From a virus, in IMG/VR virus record IMGVR_UViG_3300045988_121526: a DNA stretch of 32,536 nucleotides; one strand, written 5' to 3'. Both the position numbers and the translations under genes were made by a program. The notes beneath the pieces were generated by a model. It ran no database searches, was not told the origin of the DNA, and saw only the letters and a program-made list of their open reading frames with translations. Positions 24,230 to 32,342 of the stretch are shown piece by piece. The number at the start of each line of letters is the position of its first letter. Positions within the stretch are counted from its first letter, which is position 1.

Positions 24230-24454
24230 ATGGGATTCAACAAGGAAGTCTTTGCTGCGAATCTTCGAGCTGCCCGCGCGGCGCTCGACATGTCGCAGGA
24301 AGAGCTTGCTAAGGCTGTCGGCGTGTCTAAAGACGCAATCGTGAAGTACGAGAGCGGAGAGGGTTATACGCCGGGCGCTGACAAGATCGTTGCTATCTGT
24401 CGCGTCGTGCGCAAAAGCCCTAACGAGCTTATGGGGTGGAAGGAGACGGCCTAA
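24230..24454 (+). CDS. Cro-like / XRE-family HTH regulator
   Basis: 74 aa with pattern LRAARAALDMSQEELAKAVGVSKDAIVKYESG. aaggagg RBS. Confidence 0.8.
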   Translation: MGFNKEVFAANLRAARAALDMSQEELAKAVGVSKDAIVKYESGEGYTPGADKIVAICRVVRKSPNELMGWKETA

Positions 24455-24624
24455 TGTTCGCTCTCGGCATCGCTCTTATCGTCATTGCCCTGCTAAGCCC
24501 GATGGGCGTTCCGACGTTCATTGTCTGGCTCTTCGGGATCGGAGCGCTGGGCTTCTGGATGGGAAAGAGCATCGCGGAACCCGTCAGGAAAACGGAGGTT
24601 TCCAAGAATGAAAACCGACATTAG
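24454..24624 (+). CDS. Small membrane protein (2 TM)
   Basis: TAATG overlap with the cro-like gene. MFALGIALIVIALLSPMGVPTFIVWLFGIGALGFWMG. Confidence 0.55.
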   Translation: MFALGIALIVIALLSPMGVPTFIVWLFGIGALGFWMGKSIAEPVRKTEVSKNENRH

Positions 24625-24820
24625 AACCGGTGGTTTTGGGGGTGGTTTTACGGATGCACGAACCTTGCGGCCTAGATGCCGCGCAACGTCAGTTCTACCG
24701 CGAGATTACGGCTCTCGTTATCGCGTGGTTGCTGCGAAGAAAGATGCCCGCCCGGTGTTGCAGCACCGAACGGGCGCGTCAAATGGGGCTTACCAATTGA
24801 CAGAAGACAGTATAGCGCGC

Positions 24821-24997
24821 ATGCCGCGCTGGAAGCGCTGGGGATTGTATGCGCTCGCGGCTCTCACCATGTCGGGAATCATCCCGGCGCTCGCATGCAA
24901 CGCGATGATCTGGCTATGCGAAAGCGTGGGCTGGTGGCTTCTCGTTCCGCTCTACGTCGTGGTTGGGCGCGCTCTCTGGCGCGTGATGTGGTCATGA
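24821..24997 (+). CDS. Small membrane protein (2 TM)
   Basis: MPRWKRWGLYALAALTMSGIIPALACNAMIWLCESVGWWLLVPLYVVVG. The start is uncertain. ATGA overlap with the next gene. Confidence 0.5.
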   Translation: MPRWKRWGLYALAALTMSGIIPALACNAMIWLCESVGWWLLVPLYVVVGRALWRVMWS

Positions 24998-25200
24998 AGG
25001 CCGAAGTCTACCGCGACAATGCGGGCTTCTGGATGGCGCGCATAGAGGAAGACGCGAACACGCCCGAAAACCGGGGCATCGGCAGGGTCTACCGTCGCCA
25101 GATGCTACCCGTTGCACCATCGGCGAGCAAGGCGGAAGCAGAAGCGGCCTTGCGCCGCATCATGAGCCGCGAAGCGAGGTGCCCGCATGGACACCGATAA
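24994..25200 (+). CDS. Hypothetical protein (68 aa)
   Basis: ATG overlaps the previous stop. The upstream part of ORF 24676.. is Arg-rich and lies in the shadow of its neighbour. Confidence 0.5.
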   Translation: MKAEVYRDNAGFWMARIEEDANTPENRGIGRVYRRQMLPVAPSASKAEAEAALRRIMSREARCPHGHR

Positions 25201-25588
25201 CTACACGCGCCCGCTCGAAGCCGTCATGCGCGATGAGCGCCAGCGCGTCTACTCGATGCCGCTAAAGGTCGCCGATAGGCGCTACCTGTTCAAGGAGTGG
25301 TGCGAGAAGAACCCTAAGGCGCTGCGCGAAATCGAGCTTACGGCGCTCGCAATCGACGCTCGCGGGCTTCGCGTCTCAACTAAGTATCTCATCGAGAAGC
25401 AGCGCTACGAAGGCACCGTGAAGCTCGTTGGCGTTCCCTTCGTTGACGATCAGGGCAACGAACACACCTACGGAATCAACAACAGCGACAGTTCTTTGCT
25501 CGCTCGATGGCTGCTAGAGCGGCACCCGGAAATGCGCATCGAGCTTAGAACGTCCATGTTCGACAAGGAGAAGAAAGATGAAGCGTAA
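25187..25588 (+). CDS. Hypothetical early protein (133 aa)
   Basis: ATG follows gaggtg. Coding-like composition. No family recognised. Confidence 0.6.
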   Translation: MDTDNYTRPLEAVMRDERQRVYSMPLKVADRRYLFKEWCEKNPKALREIELTALAIDARGLRVSTKYLIEKQRYEGTVKLVGVPFVDDQGNEHTYGINNSDSSLLARWLLERHPEMRIELRTSMFDKEKKDEA

Positions 25589-25856
25589 GGAAATCACCGG
25601 CACCATCGCCAAGGTCGGCGCATCGACGTTCGCGCTGAACGGGAGCATGACGCTCCTTAACCAGAAGACCGGCGAAGCGCTCGATATCGACATGCCCTCA
25701 ACGCTCGCGATCATTCGCGGCACCCTCGCATGGGTTGACACGCTGCTTGAAGAGGACGCGAAGCCTGAGCCTAGCGCCGTTAAGAACATGCAAAAGCTGC
25801 TCACCTACGTTGGCAGCTCTATCGCCTACGACATTTCGAGCGATGAGACGGAATAG
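25578..25856 (+). CDS. Hypothetical early protein (92 aa)
   Basis: ATG follows aaggagaag. Confidence 0.6.
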   Translation: MKRKEITGTIAKVGASTFALNGSMTLLNQKTGEALDIDMPSTLAIIRGTLAWVDTLLEEDAKPEPSAVKNMQKLLTYVGSSIAYDISSDETE

Positions 25857-26070
25857 CGCGCAGGAAGCGTTGCCGCTCGATTTCGGCGAACCGCCGATGC
25901 CAGACCCCGAAGCATGCAAGTTCGAAACGCTGCGCTGGAAGGGCAAGACCTGCTGCACGTTTCGCGGGCGCGACATTTGGACGAACTGCCGGGAGATAGG
26001 GCGCTGCGTATGGAGCGGATGGCACCAACGCGGCAAGGCGTGCGAGTTCGGCGACGAGGAAGACGGTTAG
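25843..26070 (+). CDS. Small Cys-rich protein (possible zinc-binding)
   Basis: 75 aa: ...CKFETLRWKGKTCCTFRGRDIWTNCREIGRCVWSGWHQRGKACEF. Confidence 0.5.
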   Translation: MRRNSAQEALPLDFGEPPMPDPEACKFETLRWKGKTCCTFRGRDIWTNCREIGRCVWSGWHQRGKACEFGDEEDG

Positions 26071-26081
26071 GGGGTGACAAC

Positions 26082-26537
26082 GTGCCTACAAGGGAGGAAA
26101 CGACCGCCGCGCAAGAGCCTATGGCCTTCTTCTCGCACGATTCAAACGCTTCTCAGGACGTTAAGTGCCAAAGGCTCATACATCGCCGGGGATATGACGG
26201 ATACGGGCGCTGGTGGCGGCTCTGCGAGTATCTTGCGGCGACCAAAGGGCACCGCATCGCATTCGAGACGGAGGAAGACGCGCTTATTCTCGCGGGCGTT
26301 CTCGGCTTCGGGCAATCCGGAGCGTTCGATGAGTTCATGGCGATTGAGGATTGTAAATCCTTCGTCTCTGAGCTGTTGGATATCGGGCTTCTCGAACGCG
26401 ATTCTGACGGCTTCTTGACGAACTTTCGGATGCTCAAAAACGCGCTTTATTTCGGTCGCCAACGCGCAAACGGTCGCAAGGGCGGAAGACCGCGCAAGAA
26501 CCCAAAGAACAATGATTCAGCAGGTCAGGAGGTGTAA
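26082..26537 (+). CDS. Replisome organiser N-terminal-domain protein (DUF4373 / Lin1244-like)
   Basis: FFSHDSNASQDVKCQRLIHRRGYDGYGRWWRLCEYLA... matches the DUF4373 signature. Basic C-terminal tail. GTG follows aggggg. Confidence 0.7.
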   Translation: MPTREETTAAQEPMAFFSHDSNASQDVKCQRLIHRRGYDGYGRWWRLCEYLAATKGHRIAFETEEDALILAGVLGFGQSGAFDEFMAIEDCKSFVSELLDIGLLERDSDGFLTNFRMLKNALYFGRQRANGRKGGRPRKNPKNNDSAGQEV

Positions 26538-26615
26538 AGACATGACTTGCAAACCCAATGCAAAACCGCTGGTTTTAGGTTGGCTAAACCCACTCGCAAA
26601 TGGTCGCCTAACCCT

Positions 26616-26803
26616 AAAACAAAACAAAACAAGACAAGACAAGGTGGGTTTTGGTTCCTTGAACCAAAACCAAAACCCACCGTACTTGCTTGTTATTCAA
26701 CCTTACAAGCAAGGTTCTTTCTCTTGCTTCTTCTCTTTGCGGTCTTGTTTTGTGCGGCTCATTCGAGCGCCAGCAAAACGGATTTCCACAGGTTTTCAAC
26801 AGA
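26616..26803. other. Candidate origin of replication: pentamer tract, two palindromes and direct repeats
   Basis: Four elements: (AAAAC)3(AAGAC)2 at 26616..26640; a 14-bp perfect inverted repeat at 26643..26656 / 26668..26681; a 9-bp inverted repeat at 26685..26693 / 26705..26713; and gttttcaaca twice at 26782..26791 and 26794..26803. There is no convincing ORF. It lies directly downstream of the organiser gene. Confidence 0.5.
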
Positions 26804-26825
26804 GTTTTCAACAATGGCATGAAGG

Positions 26826-27065
26826 GTGGTGTTAGCGGTGCCAGTTATCAATCAAAACCGAATCGTGACAAAGACTTGTCCGGTTTGTGGCGTTTCCCGT
26901 CCGCTCGATTGGTTCGGGCAAGAGCAGAAGCTTGTTGACTACAAGAAGGACGGAACCGTTAGGAAGGTCGTTAGGTACCGCAAGTATCACGCATGCTGGA
27001 AATGTCGCGCTACAAAGGGGATCGACGCGCTTTCCGTTCCTCCGCTTTGTGAGGTGATGGAATGA
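26826..27065 (+). CDS. Small zinc-ribbon-like protein
   Basis: CPVCG...CWKC pair. Start is GTG 26826 or 26838, after gaagggtgg. Confidence 0.55.
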   Translation: MVLAVPVINQNRIVTKTCPVCGVSRPLDWFGQEQKLVDYKKDGTVRKVVRYRKYHACWKCRATKGIDALSVPPLCEVME

Positions 27066-27454
27066 TTGCGCCAACGACACGCGACGGCGCGCGCGAGCTG
27101 TTCGCAAGCAATCTTTCCTATGAGCAGATCACGACGAACGACATTCGAGCGCTCGAAGGATTCCTTGCAATCGAGTACGCACAGCATGAGCGTAACGGCG
27201 AGCACATGGAAATGCACCCGTGCTATCGCAAGAAGTACCAGCCGCAAATCAACCTTGCCGATGGCGGTAAAGGAATAAAAAGCGCGTTTCTGCGCGTTAG
27301 CGGCTTCTACTTCTCAGGCCGTGAAGCTATCTCGTTCAACGAAGACGGATTCATAGGCATTGCGGGCTGGGCTGATGACACGAACGTTCAGCCATTTCTA
27401 AGGGCGTTTCACAAGTGGGTTTGCGAATGGATGATTGGAGTTGTTTACCGATGA
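27062..27454 (+). CDS. Hypothetical early protein (130 aa)
   Basis: ATGA overlap with the previous gene. Coding-like composition. Confidence 0.6.
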   Translation: MIAPTTRDGARELFASNLSYEQITTNDIRALEGFLAIEYAQHERNGEHMEMHPCYRKKYQPQINLADGGKGIKSAFLRVSGFYFSGREAISFNEDGFIGIAGWADDTNVQPFLRAFHKWVCEWMIGVVYR

Positions 27455-27732
27455 TTGAGACGAAGAACGCGAAAAGCCTTGGCGAGCTTTCGCGCGGTAA
27501 CGCCGTCGAGCATCCCGACCATTACGCGGGTGACGGCAAGATCGAGTGCATGGACGCTATGCGCTCGATGATGAGCGGCGACCAGTACGCTTTGCCGCCA
27601 ATCGCCGCCCACTGGTGGGCGGAAGCCTTCAAGTACATCTGGCGCTGGCGGCGCAAGGGCGGTGTTCAGGACTTGCAGAAGTGCAAGCAGTGCATCGACT
27701 ACCTGATTCAGGAAGCAGGGGGCGCGGATTGA
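27451..27732 (+). CDS. DUF3310-like phage protein
   Basis: HPDHYAG.GKIEC.DAM...FKYIWRWRRKGG.QDLQKC..CIDYL matches the DUF3310 pattern. Confidence 0.7.
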   Translation: MIETKNAKSLGELSRGNAVEHPDHYAGDGKIECMDAMRSMMSGDQYALPPIAAHWWAEAFKYIWRWRRKGGVQDLQKCKQCIDYLIQEAGGAD

Positions 27733-27875
27733 AACGCTACCAGATCGTTCTTTGCGCCGTTGCCACCGCTGCGACCTTAGCGGCGTTCTGGTGCGTCTGC
27801 TACTGGGCTTATCAATCGCTTCTGGCAATCGCCCTTTTTCTAGTGTTCATCGCGCTTATAGCGCTCACGTTTTAG
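27729..27875 (+). CDS. Small membrane protein (2 TM, 48 aa)
   Basis: TTG start overlaps the previous stop. IVLCAVATAATLAAFWCVCYW...LLAIALFLVFIALIAL. Confidence 0.45.
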   Translation: MKRYQIVLCAVATAATLAAFWCVCYWAYQSLLAIALFLVFIALIALTF

Positions 27876-27885
27876 GAGGTTTCCA

Positions 27886-28083
27886 ATGCTGAATGAAGAT
27901 AGAGAGATCGAGCAGGGCGCTTACGGATGCGCCGCAATCGTCCTTTTTGCCGTTCTGGCGCTCGTGGTGAGCATCGCGGTTGGCGTGTTCTTCGGCGCTG
28001 GCTTTGGGCTTATCGCCCTTGCGGTGTTCGTCGTGTTCTCGCTCATCTGCGTTATGCGCGCGTTCATGAAGGTTGGCAAGTAG
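27886..28083 (+). CDS. Small membrane protein (2 TM, 65 aa)
   Basis: ATG follows taggagg. AAIVLFAVLALVVSIAVGVFFGAGFGLIALAVFVVFSLICV. Confidence 0.6.
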   Translation: MLNEDREIEQGAYGCAAIVLFAVLALVVSIAVGVFFGAGFGLIALAVFVVFSLICVMRAFMKVGK

Positions 28084-28084
28084 C

Positions 28085-28306
28085 ATGGGCGGCAAGTACG
28101 AGGTTCGCGGCGCGATGAGCGGACTTTGCCCGTTCTGGGACGGTCAATTTACCAACTCGCTTGCTCATGCCCTGCTGCTGCTCATCCGATTTTCTCTGAA
28201 GTACCGAATCGTTCAGTTCAACATCAGGAAAGAGCCGTTGGATTGCGCGGACTGCCACGACGATAACTGCCCTTCGCGGATTCGTGAAAACTGCGAGTGG
28301 TCATGA
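28085..28306 (+). CDS. Hypothetical protein (73 aa, Cys-containing C-terminus)
   Basis: ATG 28085 lies 2 nt after the previous stop. The gene overlaps the recombinase start. Confidence 0.45.
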   Translation: MGGKYEVRGAMSGLCPFWDGQFTNSLAHALLLLIRFSLKYRIVQFNIRKEPLDCADCHDDNCPSRIRENCEWS

Positions 28307-29481
28307 TGGGCGTTAAGGTCAAGCGCGGCGCAGATGGCGTGTTCGAATGCCGTTTGTACCTAGGTCGCAGCGTGGACGGCAAGGCTATTCGGCCTTACAA
28401 GCGGTTTCCTAACGCGGCTACCGAAGAGGAAGCGCAAGCCCTCGCCGAGACGTGGGCGGCTTACGTGACGGCTGACGGAACGGTTAGAAGCGCCCGCTTG
28501 ACCGATTTGCTCGAAGACTACGTGCAACTGCGCGAGCGCAACGGCGCAAGCCCGAACAGCATTAAGAGCTATCGGCTGTTCTGCCGCTACGTCGCACGTT
28601 ACCTGAAGACCGCAAACGCACGCGATCTTGGCGTTATGGACTTCAACCGCTTTGAGCAACGCTTGCTCATGGCGAAGGACGAAGGCGGGCAAGGTCTTTG
28701 CCGCAATAGCGTTATCAACGTCCACAACTTCTTGCGCGGAGCTTATAACCACTTCGTAGACGCTGGTATTTGCGACGCTAACCCGCTGGTGTACGTCGCC
28801 AAACCGTCGCCGGAACGGCACGAAGCTTCAGCGCTCACCGAATGGGATTTCGAGGGCTTCAACGAGAAGCTAGAGGGTGCGCTTAGCAAGGAGATCAAGA
28901 CGAAGGCCGATTACCGCGCCGCCGTCTACGCCTTCGCTTCGTGGCTGTCGCTCGTTACCGGCATGCGCGTTGGCGAGGTGTGCGCGGTGCAGCGCATCGA
29001 CGTTAAGCGCGTCTTGTCTTACGTCCACGTCGGCGGCAACGTCATTGAGGGCAAGGGCAAGAAGCCCTATCGCCGAAACGTCACCAAAGGCCGCAAGTGC
29101 CGCAACGTCGCGCTTACGCAAGACGATATCGCGGTCATTGATGCCTTCACGAAGCTTCAGAGCGCCGTTCTGGGACGTTTGGGCGCAGATTGCCCACTGG
29201 TGACGCTAGACGGCTCATATATGCGCCCAACGACGATTTCACGGGCTTTCAGCCGCATACGCGACGCGTGCGGACTACCGCGAGAGATCACGTTTCACAG
29301 CTTGCGTCACACGCACGCTTCATGGCTCATCGCCAACGGCTGCGACCTGAAGACGCTATCTGAGCGCATGGGGCACGCGGACGAAGCAACGACGCTTCGA
29401 ATCTACGGCCACCTGATGCCCGGACGCGACGCGGCGGCGGCTCAGCTCTTCAGCGAAGCGAAGCGCCGCGCGGCGGGTTAG
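28303..29481 (+). CDS. Tyrosine recombinase (phage-integrase family)
   Basis: C-terminal catalytic region ...GMRVGEV...HSLRHTHASWLIANGCDLKTLSERMGHADEATTLRIYGHL (R..H.LRH..Y pattern) with an N-terminal SAM-like core-binding region. Confidence 0.88.
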   Translation: MMGVKVKRGADGVFECRLYLGRSVDGKAIRPYKRFPNAATEEEAQALAETWAAYVTADGTVRSARLTDLLEDYVQLRERNGASPNSIKSYRLFCRYVARYLKTANARDLGVMDFNRFEQRLLMAKDEGGQGLCRNSVINVHNFLRGAYNHFVDAGICDANPLVYVAKPSPERHEASALTEWDFEGFNEKLEGALSKEIKTKADYRAAVYAFASWLSLVTGMRVGEVCAVQRIDVKRVLSYVHVGGNVIEGKGKKPYRRNVTKGRKCRNVALTQDDIAVIDAFTKLQSAVLGRLGADCPLVTLDGSYMRPTTISRAFSRIRDACGLPREITFHSLRHTHASWLIANGCDLKTLSERMGHADEATTLRIYGHLMPGRDAAAAQLFSEAKRRAAG

Positions 29482-29634
29482 GAGGTGTGCCAAAGGTGAA
29501 CCAAAACGCCGTTTTCGGGTATCGCGGCGACCGAGGACGAAACGCGAGATAAACCGCCGCTTTCGGTACGGGTTAGAACCGCCCGTGCCAGATAAGAAGT
29601 AATTATCAGGCAATCGTGAGAAGGGAGGGTGCCA

Positions 29635-29886
29635 GTGGAGCCGCAAACGTTCGATTTCAAGCCTGACGCTCCGAAGCTAAGCAAGGAAATGCAAGAGACG
29701 TTGGCTAAGACCGAAGCCGCTCTGAAGCGGATGTGGGAGCGCGAGAAGCAGGAAGCGCAGACGGTCTACGAGATCACGATTCCGACGCAAACGCTAACCA
29801 TCTTCTGCAAGGAGCACGCAGAGCACGTCTTGAGGACGTTGAAGGGCTTGAAGCTCACTGGCACCTACCGAATCACGAAGAAATGA
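29635..29886 (+). CDS. Hypothetical protein (83 aa)
   Basis: GTG follows agggaggg. Confidence 0.5.
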   Translation: MEPQTFDFKPDAPKLSKEMQETLAKTEAALKRMWEREKQEAQTVYEITIPTQTLTIFCKEHAEHVLRTLKGLKLTGTYRITKK

Positions 29887-29892
29887 GGTGCG

Positions 29893-30198
29893 ATGAAAAC
29901 CATTGAGCTTAACGACGATGACTGGGCGCGGCTTAAACGCAAGCTGATGAACGGAAGCGTTGACGATGCCCTGAAGGACTACACGCCGCCCGTCACCCTG
30001 ACGCACGGAAACGAGTACATCATCTACGAGAAGGAAGGCTACGAAGATGATTCCGAATTAAAGGCCGCACCTGGCTACGGATTCGCCCGCACGCAGCAGA
30101 CCATGAAACGGCTGCACATCGCCGAATCTAGGCGCATCAAGGGGCTTGGGGCAAACCAGCGCGCAGCGCTTGCCGAGCTGTTCGGGGGTGCGAAGTGA
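29893..30198 (+). CDS. Hypothetical protein (101 aa)
   Basis: ATG follows tgaggtg. Coding-like composition. Confidence 0.55.
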   Translation: MKTIELNDDDWARLKRKLMNGSVDDALKDYTPPVTLTHGNEYIIYEKEGYEDDSELKAAPGYGFARTQQTMKRLHIAESRRIKGLGANQRAALAELFGGAK

Positions 30199-30650
30199 GC
30201 CTAAACAAGATCACGCTTTCGGGCAATCTCGGCGCAGATGCCGAGCTGCGTTACACGAAGGGCGGAAACCCCGTCGTTTCGTTCTCTCTGGCGGTAAACG
30301 AGCGCACCCCAAACGGCGACGGCACATGGGGCGAATACACCAACTGGCCTGATTGCGTCATGTTTGGCGAGCGCGCTGAAGCGCTCGCGCCGTGGCTTCG
30401 CAAGGGCACCAAGATTTCGCTTCTTGGACGCATACACACGCGCAGCTACCAGAAGGACGGGCAGAGCATCAAGCGCTGGGAAGTTCGCGTTGATGACGTG
30501 GAACTCATGCAGTACAAGCGCGATGCGCAATCGCCAGCGCAAGCGAACGCAGCCGCGCCCGGTCTTGCGATGGCTACCGGCGACCCGTCGCCCGTTGCGC
30601 CAGTGCAACCGGCGGCACCCGACCTTTACGACGATGACGTACCGTTTTAG
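30195..30650 (+). CDS. ssb: Single-stranded DNA-binding protein
   Basis: OB-fold pattern NKITLSGNLGADAELRYTKGGNPVVSFSLAVNE...W..V..FG..AE... with an acidic tip DLYDDDVPF. Confidence 0.9.
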   Translation: MSLNKITLSGNLGADAELRYTKGGNPVVSFSLAVNERTPNGDGTWGEYTNWPDCVMFGERAEALAPWLRKGTKISLLGRIHTRSYQKDGQSIKRWEVRVDDVELMQYKRDAQSPAQANAAAPGLAMATGDPSPVAPVQPAAPDLYDDDVPF

Positions 30651-30661
30651 GAGGAAGAAGG

Positions 30662-30946
30662 ATGTTTGGAATCAAGAAGAAGGGCGCAGAGATCAAGCAG
30701 CCCGTTTATGTCGTTCTCGTGCCGGAGGTCGCGGCATACGCAAGCGCTTCTTCGTTCCCGGTCGATTCAACCGGCGCACTCGTGTTTCTGAACGACACCG
30801 TAGAGCATGAAGGAGCTGAGTATCAGGTTGTGGCTATGAGCCACCGAAACAAGGTTGTTATCCGCCCGAAGGGTCAGACATACGGCGGCAAATGGGTTAA
30901 GGCAGGAAGCGTGCGGGTCACGCGTCATGTTCTGGGGGTGCGCTAA
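30662..30946 (+). CDS. Hypothetical protein (94 aa)
   Basis: ATG follows aggaggaagaagg. Confidence 0.6.
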   Translation: MFGIKKKGAEIKQPVYVVLVPEVAAYASASSFPVDSTGALVFLNDTVEHEGAEYQVVAMSHRNKVVIRPKGQTYGGKWVKAGSVRVTRHVLGVR

Positions 30947-31386
30947 TGATTGGCAGGAAGCTTCGCGATAAGAAGGTCAATGAGGGAATCGAGATGCCGC
31001 GCTATGCGCATGAGGGCGATGCTGGGCTTGACCTTCGCATTACCGAGACTGTCACGCTCGAACCGATGCAGAAGTGCGTTGTCGGTTGCGGCCTTGCCGT
31101 CGAGATTCCGAGCGGTTGCGTGGGGCTGGTGTTCCCGCGCAGCGGCCTTGCGGCAAAGCAGGGCATCACGCTTTCGAATAGCGTTGGCGTTATCGACAGC
31201 GGCTATCGCGGCGAGGTGTGCGCGGCGCTCATCAATCAGAGCTATGAGACGGTGACGCTCGAAGCTGGAACGCGCGTCTGCCAGCTTGTCGTGATGCCTT
31301 ACGTGCCTTGCGATCTCGTACCGGTCGATGAGCTTAGCGACACCGAGCGCGGCGCTGGCGGTTTCGGCAGCACGGGCGTTGAGTAG
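30946..31386 (+). CDS. dut: dUTP diphosphatase
   Basis: AGLDL, PRSGLA.K.GI, GVIDSGYRGE and RG.GGFGSTG motifs. Confidence 0.92.
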   Translation: MIGRKLRDKKVNEGIEMPRYAHEGDAGLDLRITETVTLEPMQKCVVGCGLAVEIPSGCVGLVFPRSGLAAKQGITLSNSVGVIDSGYRGEVCAALINQSYETVTLEAGTRVCQLVVMPYVPCDLVPVDELSDTERGAGGFGSTGVE

Positions 31387-31797
31387 GTGGTTGGCATGTT
31401 GGCAATCATCGGCGGAAGGCAGACGGGCAAGACTACGTGCCTTATCGCAATGTCGAACGAGACTGGTTATCCGATACTGACCGCGACGCGCGGCATGGCC
31501 GAGCACATCGAGCTTATGGCGCGCAAGATGAGCGTTCAGATTCCGCCCGTCCTGTCGTTATCGGGCATGCCGCTAAAAGGCTCGCTCATGCATACCGAGC
31601 GCGTGCTTGTCGATGAGTTGGGGCTTGTTGCTGAGTATCTTATCGGCGCTGAGGTCGTGTCTGCTTCTATTGACGGCGTGGCGCTGGTCAAGGCTCAGCC
31701 GCCGAGCACAGACCTTGCAAAGCTTGGGTTATGGGAAGCCTTCAAGCTTTGGCGCGAAGAGCGCAAGCGCGCTCGATCTGGCGGTGACGGCATGTGA
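31387..31797 (+). CDS. Small P-loop NTPase-like protein
   Basis: Walker A GGRQTGKT and Walker B-like VLVDE. Start is GTG 31387 or ATG 31396. Confidence 0.55.
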   Translation: MVGMLAIIGGRQTGKTTCLIAMSNETGYPILTATRGMAEHIELMARKMSVQIPPVLSLSGMPLKGSLMHTERVLVDELGLVAEYLIGAEVVSASIDGVALVKAQPPSTDLAKLGLWEAFKLWREERKRARSGGDGM

Positions 31798-32243
31798 GAG
31801 CAAAGGAGTATTTCGAGGGCATCCGCGCCGAGGTGGTGAAGACCGACAAGGCGCGGGAAATGCTCGAACGCATGAAGGCGCGCGAGGGCGCGAAGGCTCA
31901 GAGCTACCAGACGGGCAGCAGCGGTGGAGACGTTAGCGACCCGATGGAATCCGTATCACAGCGCATCGACTTCGAGGGCAAGCTTAGGCAACGCATCGCC
32001 GATGCCGAGGGAACGCTAGACGAAGCGTGCGAAGTGCTCTACGGCTCGGACGGGCGCGGCGGCTTGGCTAAGCTGAAGGGCACGCACTACGCCGATGCTA
32101 TCTGCATGTACTACTGCCAAGCTGAGACATGGGGCGAGATAGCGGAAATCATGCAGTGTTCGCAGAAGTGGTGCCGCAAGCTCTGCGAAGTTGGGTTTAA
32201 GTTCATTGACCGTGTAGGATGGGCGCACATCAAGAACGCCTGA
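31794..32243 (+). CDS. DUF1492 / sigma-70 region-4-like late transcriptional regulator
   Basis: M.AKEYF... N-terminus and C-terminal HTH ...YYCQAETWGEIAEIMQCSQKWCRKL... It is the last gene before the packaging module, as for ArpU/RinA/DUF1492 activators. Confidence 0.6.
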   Translation: MRAKEYFEGIRAEVVKTDKAREMLERMKAREGAKAQSYQTGSSGGDVSDPMESVSQRIDFEGKLRQRIADAEGTLDEACEVLYGSDGRGGLAKLKGTHYADAICMYYCQAETWGEIAEIMQCSQKWCRKLCEVGFKFIDRVGWAHIKNA

Positions 32244-32305
32244 TAATTGGGTGTTCCCTTCAGTTCCCTACTTATGCTAAAGTTCGGTACGGTGGATTAG
32301 GTAGT

Positions 32306-32340
32306 AAGGCCACGGGCAATAGCGCTCGTGGCCTTTTTGT
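32306..32340 (+). terminator. Rho-independent terminator
   Basis: aaggccacg-ggcaatagcgct-cgtggcctt followed by tttgt. Confidence 0.75.
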
Positions 32341-32342
32341 TT

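Noticed and set aside
26616-26643. Short tandem repeats and palindromes considered as a CRISPR array or minisatellite
   Set aside because: The units are 5 nt with no spacers, the inverted repeats occur once each, and no cas genes are present. The features fit an origin or iteron region better.
29497-29507. The 11-mer tgaaccaaaac shared between the region downstream of the tyrosine recombinase and the ori-like palindrome (26660..26670), considered as a recombination site pair
   Set aside because: Chance 11-mer matches are expected many times over in a 32-kb genome, and there is no extended or symmetric homology around either copy.
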